Below, piece by piece: positions 56,750-64,000 of a DNA stretch of 64,000 bases. Below the pieces are notes generated by a model. It saw only the letters and a list, made by a program, of their open reading frames with translations, made no database searches and had not been told where the DNA came from. The stretch comes from an uncultured Candidatus Saccharibacteria bacterium (GTDB lineage: Bacteria > Patescibacteriota > Saccharimonadia > CAILAD01 > JADZBC01). Position 1 is the first letter of the stretch. Each line of letters begins with the position of its first letter. The position numbers and the translations under genes were made by a program. The stretch is taken from the NCBI GenBank assembly GCA_964436255.1, contig CAYTBW010000005.1, positions 6,374 through 70,373 of the forward strand, in the 5' to 3' direction.

Positions 56750-57553
56750 ATGAACGACGACGTATTAGTAAAATTTGAGAATGTTTCCAAGCAGTTCCAG
56801 CTAGACGATGGGCCGGTTGAGGTATTGCATAACGTGAACTTCACCGTTAAGCGCGGGAGCTTCACAATCATTTATGGACCGTCTGGATCTGGTAAGTCGA
56901 CCTTACTCAACGTATTAACGGGACTGGAGCCGCCTACAACTGGATCGGTCGTGGTCGATGGTCAGCACCTATACACTATGGACGCTGATGAGCGAGCTGG
57001 TTTTCGTGCTCGCCGTATGGGCATGGTGTACCAGACCAATTACTGGGTGAACAGCCTTACCGCAATCGAGAACGTGGCACTGCCACTCTTCCTGACCGGC
57101 CGCACCTACCAGGAAGCAATGGGGGAGGCTAAGGCGAGTATTAGCCGTGTTGGACTGGATAAATATGCCGAGTATCGTCCTAATCTGCTCTCTGGTGGTC
57201 AGCAGCAGCGCATATCTATGGCGCGAGCATCGATCATCAGTCCCATGCTCCTGATCGCAGATGAGCCAACCGGTAACCTGGACTCCAAGAACGGCGATAT
57301 GATCATGGAGTTGGTGCAATCGTTCAAGAGCGACTTCGGTAGCACAATCATCCTGGTTACTCACAACTTAGACTACTTGCCACTTAGTGATTACCGCCTG
57401 TACATCAAAGATGGTGTTGTAACCGAGGAAAAGGGTTCATACAAGGGCCCAAACAAGCCAAAGGACGATGACGTAATGAAGGAATCGAAGCACCCGGCAC
57501 CAGTTTTGGACTTTAACCCCGTAATACCAAATAAGAAGGGCAATACACTATGA
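56750..57553 (+). CDS. ABC transporter ATP-binding protein (LolD/MacB-like)
   Basis: GPSGSGKST, LSGGQQQR, ADEPTGNLD, VTH. Confidence 0.93.
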   Translation: MNDDVLVKFENVSKQFQLDDGPVEVLHNVNFTVKRGSFTIIYGPSGSGKSTLLNVLTGLEPPTTGSVVVDGQHLYTMDADERAGFRARRMGMVYQTNYWVNSLTAIENVALPLFLTGRTYQEAMGEAKASISRVGLDKYAEYRPNLLSGGQQQRISMARASIISPMLLIADEPTGNLDSKNGDMIMELVQSFKSDFGSTIILVTHNLDYLPLSDYRLYIKDGVVTEEKGSYKGPNKPKDDDVMKESKHPAPVLDFNPVIPNKKGNTL

Positions 57554-58770
57554 GCAAGCAAGCCCCACAGCCAGTGATCAAGCCAAATGTATTGGCCCGC
57601 ATTGCAGTTAAGAACTTATTCTTCAAACGCCTACGCACAACCCTAACGATATTGGGCGTTGTAATCGGTATTGGCTCGATCGTGTTCTTGCTTTCACTTG
57701 GTTTTGGCCTGCAGAAGCTGGTTGCCAGTCAAGTGGTGGGCTCAAAGTCGATTAAAACGATAGATGTAAGTACGCCAAAGTCGAAAAGCGTGAAGATTGA
57801 CCGCGAGCGCGTGGCTGGATTTAAGGACTTGGCAGGCGTTGAGCAGGTTGCTCGAGTGTATTATTCATCTGGTAAGGCTAGCTTGGGCGAGTCCGAAACT
57901 GACGTAGTTGTTTATGGCGCCGATCAAGCTTATGTAGATTTAAGCTCACTCAAGAGTATTGCTGGTTCGACCGGCACCATGGAGAGCACTGACAGCGTGA
58001 TCGTGAACACATCTCTTCTAAAGGCGATTGGTTCTAAGGAGAACACCAAGGCAGTTGGCAAGGAAATTACTCTAAACGTCACGATCCCGGGTCAGAAGGA
58101 TGGCGAAGAGGATAGAGTGGTGAAGCGCACGCTCAAAGTGGGCGCGGTAGTTGAGACCGGCGCTGGTTCAGAGGTGTTCACACCAATTAACGTATTCGAG
58201 GAAGAGGGCCTTACGAGTGCTACTCAGGCAAAGATCCTCGTCGCTGACCGCGATCAGGTAAGCGTAGTTCGTAAGCAGGTCGAGAACCAAGGCTTCATAA
58301 CCGCTTCACCAATCGATACGATCGATCAGATTAACCAGATCTTTAACCTCCTTAACGTCGTGCTCGTTGGCTTTGGTGGTATCGGTATGGTAATCGCGAT
58401 CCTGGGCATGTTTAATACCCTAACTATTTCACTCCTGGAGCGCACCAAGGAGTTCGGCCTTATGATCTCGCTCGGTGCTCGTGCCAGGGATGTTAAGCGC
58501 TTGTTCGTAGCTGAAGCGCTAACCCTATCTATGCTTGGTGGCATCTTCGGCATCGTGGCTGCCGTAATCCTTGGCGCAGTTACGAATGCGGTCGTAAACG
58601 GCTTTGCTCGCGGACGGGGAGTGACCGATACCGTTAGCCTATTCGCAATCTCACCAACCCTTATGTTTGCCACTTTGCTGTTCGTGGCTGGCCTTGGCTT
58701 CTTGGTTGTACTGTACCCAGCACACAAGGCTGCCAACACTAACCCCGTTGATTCTATGCGCCGCGAATAG
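57550..58770 (+). CDS. ABC transporter permease (MacB/FtsX-like)
   Basis: RTTLTILGVVIG, large extracellular domain, ERTKEFG..LGA, YPAHKAA..NP. Confidence 0.9.
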   Translation: MSKQAPQPVIKPNVLARIAVKNLFFKRLRTTLTILGVVIGIGSIVFLLSLGFGLQKLVASQVVGSKSIKTIDVSTPKSKSVKIDRERVAGFKDLAGVEQVARVYYSSGKASLGESETDVVVYGADQAYVDLSSLKSIAGSTGTMESTDSVIVNTSLLKAIGSKENTKAVGKEITLNVTIPGQKDGEEDRVVKRTLKVGAVVETGAGSEVFTPINVFEEEGLTSATQAKILVADRDQVSVVRKQVENQGFITASPIDTIDQINQIFNLLNVVLVGFGGIGMVIAILGMFNTLTISLLERTKEFGLMISLGARARDVKRLFVAEALTLSMLGGIFGIVAAVILGAVTNAVVNGFARGRGVTDTVSLFAISPTLMFATLLFVAGLGFLVVLYPAHKAANTNPVDSMRRE

Positions 58771-58831
58771 CGTGTAAATTTATTCGTATTTTGTTTGGTA
58801 TATAGCCCCAAAGTGGGCTATAATCTTTTGT

Positions 58832-60070
58832 ATGTTTGAAGATATGCTATCTGCTCAGAAGCCCCAGGAATATGCTGCAATGTACATCGACATGGATGCA
58901 TTCTTTGCCTCTGTGGCGCAACAGGAGCACCCTAGACTGCGTGGAAAGCCTGTAGGTGTTGTTCCTTGTCTCGGGAGTAATTGCTCGATTATAGCGGCCT
59001 CGTATGAGGCCAGGGCGTATGGTGTGGGGGTAGGGACTCGGATCCGCCGGGCGCAGGAGCTTTGCCCGACTATAGAGGTCGTGCGCGACGACCCCGCTGT
59101 CTATCGGCGCTACCACGAGCAGATTTTAGCAATTTTAGAAGCCACTATATGTCGTATCGGCGTGCGGGGGATAGACGAAGCTTACATGCTCGTACCCTCG
59201 TATGCGCGAAGGTATTATAACGTTTATGCTTTAGCAAAAGAAATTAAGAAGAGCATAAAAACCCAGGTTGGTGAACACATTTCGTGTTCAATTGGTATTG
59301 CGCCCAATATTTGGTTGGCCAAGATGGCAGCACAGAGTAATAAGCCGAATGGGGTTACGATTTTGACGCTTGAGAGCCTAGCCGAGTTCTATCGTGGCCT
59401 GCCCCTCGTAGCGTGTACGGGGATTGGCAGGCGAATGGCCAGGCGGCTTTATGATGTGGGCGTGTCGGATACGGCCGATTTGGCAGGTCGTTCACTTCCA
59501 TTCATGCGTGGCCACCTTGGTGTCATGGGGGAGAAGTGGTATTTGCGCTTGCGTGGTTTCGAAGTAGACGAAACACGGCGGAGCCGCGAGCGTAAGAACA
59601 TCAGCCACCAGGTAACCGTGCTGGGGGACCGTAAGTTGACTACAGCTCAGCGCCAGAAGTATGTGATTGCACTAGCGGCTCGTTTGTCGGCACGCTTGCG
59701 GCGCTATGGGCTTAAGGCACGTGGTATCGGCCTGTACGTTTCTTATGCCGATGGTGCAAGTGGGCACAGGGAATTCCCGCACACGAGGTGTTTGCAGGGC
59801 GAAGCGGAGATTGTTGCCTTATCACTCGAATTGCTAGAATCCATCGCTGCAGAGGGTCGAGAGGTGCGGCTGCTTGCGCTTTGGTTGAGTGGCTTAACGG
59901 CGGTGGAGCAGCAAAGCTTACAGCTTGAGGACGCGGAGAGTCTGCAGGATGCGGCCTTGAGCCGTGCGATTGACAAGCTTAACGCCAAGTTCGGCCCACA
60001 CACCGTTCAGCGGGCAGTAATAGCCAGTAAGGATTATGTACCGGACCGGATTGGCTTCGGGAATTCATGA
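58832..60070 (+). CDS. dinB: Y-family DNA polymerase IV
   Basis: IDMDAFFASV, AASYEAR, GIDEAY, SIGIAPN..LAKMA, KPNG. Confidence 0.9.
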   Translation: MFEDMLSAQKPQEYAAMYIDMDAFFASVAQQEHPRLRGKPVGVVPCLGSNCSIIAASYEARAYGVGVGTRIRRAQELCPTIEVVRDDPAVYRRYHEQILAILEATICRIGVRGIDEAYMLVPSYARRYYNVYALAKEIKKSIKTQVGEHISCSIGIAPNIWLAKMAAQSNKPNGVTILTLESLAEFYRGLPLVACTGIGRRMARRLYDVGVSDTADLAGRSLPFMRGHLGVMGEKWYLRLRGFEVDETRRSRERKNISHQVTVLGDRKLTTAQRQKYVIALAARLSARLRRYGLKARGIGLYVSYADGASGHREFPHTRCLQGEAEIVALSLELLESIAAEGREVRLLALWLSGLTAVEQQSLQLEDAESLQDAALSRAIDKLNAKFGPHTVQRAVIASKDYVPDRIGFGNS

Positions 60071-60141
60071 GTCTTTCATGACACTCATGCTTGCCGTGCG
60101 ATTTTCGTATCTGGTAATCTAGCCTAGAAGTAGGAGCACGC

Positions 60142-61707
60142 ATGACAGTACAGCTCGATCTTAGTAAAAAGATTACCCCAGCAAGTATGGGGCCTGTATT
60201 GTCGCCAAAAATAATCAAAAACGTTACGAATAAGTTCCAGGTGAAACACCAAAGTCCTGGACAGGGGCGTTTGGCCCTCTCGTTGTTCATTCAGGGCTTG
60301 GCGCCTTCGAAGGACGCGCTAAAGCAGGCTCTAAAGGGAGTCAGTTTCCCGCTCAATGTAGTCGCAGCCGAGTTGAGCACCGGTAGCACGATGCAGGATG
60401 AGGCACTGGCAGGGATCACGGAGCAGTGTCTGGGCACACTCGCGGAAGTTGGTCACGCAAAAGTAACTAGTCTACATATCGGTTTAGGCAAGATGTGCGT
60501 GTTGGCTCCCGACGGAATCCCGGTAGATAAGTTATGCGCCGAGGTGAAGAAGGTTGTTCGGTCGTTTGGTGCAGAAGTGAATATCGGCATCTGCGAAGAA
60601 GTAGCAAACGCGCGAGATCTACCGGTGGCGTATGGTCAATCATGCGAGGTGGCTCGGGTCGGTGAGCGCTTGTGGGGCAAACCTTACGCGTACCGTAAGG
60701 CTGACCTTGGCATCATCGGTGCGGTGGTAGACGAATGCGGTATGAAGGATCGTGCCGCGGCAGAGTCAGAAGCCATTTTAGCTTCACTGGCCAAGCCGAA
60801 AAACTTGTTACCCACACTAAAGCTGTTCTTTACTCACAACATGAGCCCTACGGAAGTTGCAAGGGCAGGTAGAATTCATCGCAATACGGTTATTTATAGG
60901 CTGGAGAAGATTAAGAATCAAACCGGGTTGGACCCTTTGGATTTCAATGATGCCTCTCAGTTATATCTGGCAATCGGCTTGACCGAGATCAATGAGCTAG
61001 GCGCGGTCTCATGCTGCTTGAGCACAAACGCATCGATAACCGAAAAAGTAGTGGCGGGCTTGTTCTGTAGTAGGGCCGACGTAAGCGACGATAAGATCCG
61101 AGAAGTTATGAGTAGCCTGGGCGTAACGTTGCCACAAGACTTTGCAATGTTCCTGCAGCGTAACGGCGGAGGTACCGCTATCGAGCCACAGGACTCAGTA
61201 ATCTTCTCGATGCCACTTGGTGATGATCTGGAATTCTCGATTCGGCCTATGCAAGGAAAGCGAGTTATTCAGGCTGCAGAAACGCTTGGCCAGCAGGGCA
61301 CGGTAGCGTATTTGAATAGCAGACGGGCCAAGGGGCACTTGAGCAAGGCTCTTCTGGTGCTCGTGCACGACCTGCGCCTAGGCGAGTCCAAATGGCCTAG
61401 TAGGCGCGTGATTGCCGAGGGGGCTGTGGGTGGCTTGCTCGCGCTGACAAACAGCAACAGGCTAAGAAGTTATGCTCGTGTTCGAGCTGGGGCTATCGTT
61501 GCCGAGATTCAGGCTAACAGGCAGCTAGAGAGAACTGCTACCGCGCTGCTTGATTCGTCTTTAAATCTCACGCTGGCGGCAAGCCGGCTCAAGGTGCACC
61601 GCAACACCCTGATTTACAGAGTCGGACGAATAAGGCAGGCAACGGGCTACGATCTTACGAGATTCGAAGATGCTCTGCAGATTCGCCTCGCACTCCTTAT
61701 GGCCTAA
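60142..61707 (+). CDS. PucR/CdaR-family regulator with two C-terminal-type HTH domains
   Basis: IHRNTVIYRLEKI and VHRNTLIYRVGRI. Confidence 0.8.
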   Translation: MTVQLDLSKKITPASMGPVLSPKIIKNVTNKFQVKHQSPGQGRLALSLFIQGLAPSKDALKQALKGVSFPLNVVAAELSTGSTMQDEALAGITEQCLGTLAEVGHAKVTSLHIGLGKMCVLAPDGIPVDKLCAEVKKVVRSFGAEVNIGICEEVANARDLPVAYGQSCEVARVGERLWGKPYAYRKADLGIIGAVVDECGMKDRAAAESEAILASLAKPKNLLPTLKLFFTHNMSPTEVARAGRIHRNTVIYRLEKIKNQTGLDPLDFNDASQLYLAIGLTEINELGAVSCCLSTNASITEKVVAGLFCSRADVSDDKIREVMSSLGVTLPQDFAMFLQRNGGGTAIEPQDSVIFSMPLGDDLEFSIRPMQGKRVIQAAETLGQQGTVAYLNSRRAKGHLSKALLVLVHDLRLGESKWPSRRVIAEGAVGGLLALTNSNRLRSYARVRAGAIVAEIQANRQLERTATALLDSSLNLTLAASRLKVHRNTLIYRVGRIRQATGYDLTRFEDALQIRLALLMA

Positions 61708-61772
61708 AGTTGACGGTAGGCGGGTTTTTAGCATAAAGTAGGGCATGGCTGCACCTCGGATGTAGCTTTTGT

Positions 61773-61849
61773 GGGCCCTTAGCTCAGTTGGCTAGAGCGC
61801 TTCCTTGACGTGGAAGAGGTCAGTGGTTCGAATCCTCTAGGGCCCACCA
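61773..61849 (+). tRNA. tRNA-Val(GAC)
   Basis: GGGCCCT..CTTCC-TT GAC GT-GGAAG..AGTGGTTCGAATCCTCT-AGGGCCCA-CCA. Confidence 0.95.
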
Positions 61850-61879
61850 GAAAAATGCAATTATTATTTGGAGGTGAGG

Positions 61880-62494
61880 GTGTCAAAATTATCACAAACA
61901 GAAGCTCGCGCGTACCTCAAGGAGCATAACGTATTGAGGGAGAGTGGGCATTATGTTTACACCTCGGGCAAACATGGCGATACGTACCTGAACAAAGATG
62001 CCTTGCTACCGCACGTGGAGCTGGTAAGTGAGATATGCGAGCAAATAGCCAGCGAGTTTGTTGGGCAGGGCATTGATGCCGTTTTGGGCCCAGTGGCTGG
62101 CGGGGTGGTGTTGAGTCAGTGGGTGGCGCATCATTTGGGTAAGCTCGAAGGCCGCGAGGTGTTGGCCGTTTATGCCGATAAGCGCAAAACCGAAGGAGAG
62201 TTTATTATCCGGCGTGGTTACGATGAGATGATTCGCGGTAAGCGCATTCTGCTCGTTGACGATATTATCAACCAAGGCTCTTCCCTCAAGGGGCTGCAAC
62301 GTGAGGTTGCGCGGATAGGGTGCGAAATAGCTGGAGTGGGGTGTTTGTGTAATCGCTATGAATCAACTGCCGAGGACTTCGGAGTGCCAAAGCTGTACAG
62401 CTACATCGAATTCAAACTAAACATTTATGGGCCAGAGGACTGTCCCCTTTGCAAGGCCGGCATGCCTATGAGCAAAGGTCTGGGCCACGCTTGA
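61880..62494 (+). CDS. pyrE: Orotate phosphoribosyltransferase-like PRTase
   Basis: YTSGKHGDTY.NKD, LLVDDIINQGSS PRPP loop, C-terminal CPLC; GTG start after GGAGG. Confidence 0.8.
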   Translation: MSKLSQTEARAYLKEHNVLRESGHYVYTSGKHGDTYLNKDALLPHVELVSEICEQIASEFVGQGIDAVLGPVAGGVVLSQWVAHHLGKLEGREVLAVYADKRKTEGEFIIRRGYDEMIRGKRILLVDDIINQGSSLKGLQREVARIGCEIAGVGCLCNRYESTAEDFGVPKLYSYIEFKLNIYGPEDCPLCKAGMPMSKGLGHA

Positions 62495-62524
62495 ATTGTG
62501 CTAGGCTTTCGGCTATGCTTGGGC

Positions 62525-62675
62525 TAGATAAAGAGAGTGTTTGAGCTTAGTTACCACCTAGGCAAGCTCCGCGGCTGACGACGCGTTACAGGTCAGGGAA
62601 GAGTGATCCACCAAGGATAAGCCCGGTGGAACCCCCCAAGATCTTGGGGCCGGGCAGCATCATTTTGGTGGTTTT
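62525..62675 (+). promoter_or_regulatory. T-box riboswitch-like leader of thrS
   Basis: Antiterminator GCCCGG-TGGAACC-CCCCAA-GATC-TTGGGG-CCGGGC (62621-62655); short stem with an ACC (Thr) loop at 62553-62555; CGTTA box. Confidence 0.7.
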
Positions 62676-62706
62676 TGTATAATATTACAAAGTTAGGAGC
62701 ACATAT

Positions 62707-64000
62707 ATGGCAGATCAGGCAAATATCGAAGCAATGAGGCATTCACTCGCGCACATCATGGCTGCGGCGGTGTTCAAATTGCAACCTGTCGCGCAGTTTG
62801 GCGTGTGGCCAGTGGTGGTGAATGGCTTTTATTACGACATTAAGCTAGCCGAAACACTCAGTAGCGATGATTTGGCCGGTATTGAGACTGAGATGGCAAA
62901 GATTATTGATGCCAAGCTCGACTTTGTGCGCGAAGAATGGCCAATTGACGAAGCGATTAGCTTTTTTAAGGACCACAACCAGCCTTTTAAGGTCGAGCTG
63001 CTGACAGATCTCAAGACGAAAGGCACAACTGCTGTAAAGGATTCTGGTGACGAAAACCTAGTCGGGGATAACGTTGCGTCAGTTACAACAGTTACGGTGT
63101 ATCGCACGGGTGACTTTGTGGACCTATGTCGAGGGCCACACGTAGAAAATACGTCTGAGGTCGGAGCGTTTAAGCTCACTAAGCTGGCCGGTGCATACTG
63201 GCGCGGCGATGAAAAGAATCCTCAAATGCAGCGTGTTTACGGAGTGGCGTTTGCTACTCAGGATGAGCTTGATCGCTACCTGGCTATGCTTGAAGAGGCC
63301 GAGAAGCGCGACCACCGCAAGATCGGTAAAGAGCTTAATCTGTTTGTGTTCTCAGATAAGGTCGGCTCTGGTTTGCCGCTCTTTACCCCCAAGGGAACAA
63401 TATTGCGCGAGCTTCTGAACGAATACTCACAAGCTCTGCGACTCGCACTTGGGTTCGAAAAGGTCTGGATTCCTCATGTAACCAAAAAGGAGCTTTACGA
63501 AACTTCAGGACATTGGGACAAGTTTGGCGATGAGCTATTTCTAGTAAAGAGTCAGGAAACGAGCGACGAGTTGGTACTAAAACCAATGAACTGTCCTCAC
63601 CACCAGCAAATTTACGCTTCACAGCCCCATAGTTATCGAGACTTACCTATTCGATACCTGGAAACAACTACGGTATACCGCGACGAAAAGAGTGGTGAGC
63701 TAGGTGGCCTGTCTAGAGTGCGCTCCATTACCCAGGACGATAGCCATATATTCTGTACGCCCGAGCAGATCGAAGGCGTGCTAAGTGAACTAACGACCAT
63801 TACCAAGGAGTTCTATGGTGCGTTGGGAATGAAGTTACGGGCCCGGCTGTCTAAACGGGATGAGTCTGATGCGTATCTGGGGGACAAGGCAACTTGGACG
63901 CAGGCTGAGTCGACGTTACGTAAAGTTTTAGAAGAAAGCGAACTGGAGTTTTATGAAGCAGAGGGTGAAGCGGCTTTTTATGGTCCCAAAATCGACTTTA
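62707..64000 (+). CDS. thrS: Threonyl-tRNA synthetase (3' end outside the window)
   Basis: MRHSLAHIMA, GFYYD, DLCRGPHV, GAYWRGDE, RDHRKIG, KPMNCPHH, EAAFYGPKID. Confidence 0.97.
   Translation, partial: MADQANIEAMRHSLAHIMAAAVFKLQPVAQFGVWPVVVNGFYYDIKLAETLSSDDLAGIETEMAKIIDAKLDFVREEWPIDEAISFFKDHNQPFKVELLTDLKTKGTTAVKDSGDENLVGDNVASVTTVTVYRTGDFVDLCRGPHVENTSEVGAFKLTKLAGAYWRGDEKNPQMQRVYGVAFATQDELDRYLAMLEEAEKRDHRKIGKELNLFVFSDKVGSGLPLFTPKGTILRELLNEYSQALRLALGFEKVWIPHVTKKELYETSGHWDKFGDELFLVKSQETSDELVLKPMNCPHHQQIYASQPHSYRDLPIRYLETTTVYRDEKSGELGGLSRVRSITQDDSHIFCTPEQIEGVLSELTTITKEFYGALGMKLRARLSKRDESDAYLGDKATWTQAESTLRKVLEESELEFYEAEGEAAFYGPKIDF

Noticed and set aside
62800-62835. thrS GVWPVVVNGFYYD in place of the usual GxGPxxExGFYYD
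   Set aside because: The frame is intact; substitutions in the editing domain or base-call errors cannot be told apart here.
1-64000. Genetic code 25 (UGA=Gly) as in Gracilibacteria/Absconditabacteria
   Set aside because: Conserved genes are full length under code 11, and TGA serves as a stop (pilN, pilO, mnmG, dinB).

Overview
A 64-kb chromosomal segment from a small-genome Patescibacteria (CPR) bacterium, most likely Saccharibacteria-like. It uses genetic code 11, and many core genes appear leaderless, with an extended -10 box about 7 nt before the ATG. Core content: recA-recX, rpsF-ssb-rpsR-efp, ychF, a type IV pilus locus (pilM/N/O/B/T/C, two major-type pilins, pilD, four minor pilins, and a large upstream adhesin-like protein), a Xer-type recombinase, mnmG, ndk, a PrsA-like foldase, GT2 plus MraY/WecA, rplY, nrdR, two tandem ~1.5-kaa FN3 surface proteins with an ABC transporter, dinB, a double-HTH PucR-type regulator, pyrE, a T-box-like leader with partial thrS, and five tRNAs (Arg-CCT, Asp-GTC, Gly-CCC, Thr-CGT, Val-GAC). 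Main accessory observations: (1) a 5.9-kb serine-recombinase element inserted in the first codons of ychF; it rebuilds the ychF start, and its att site lies inside the recombinase gene, so the recombinase C-terminus is swapped. (2) Behind tRNA-Arg, tandem modules share a near-identical non-coding scaffold (bidirectional promoter, 80-bp double hairpin, tRNA-end/terminator copy, att-like stub) but carry unrelated high-GC genes. (3) A ~420-nt structured non-coding element closed by a perfect 14-bp stem lies between rplY and nrdR. All calls come from reading the sequence by eye; no database searches were run.
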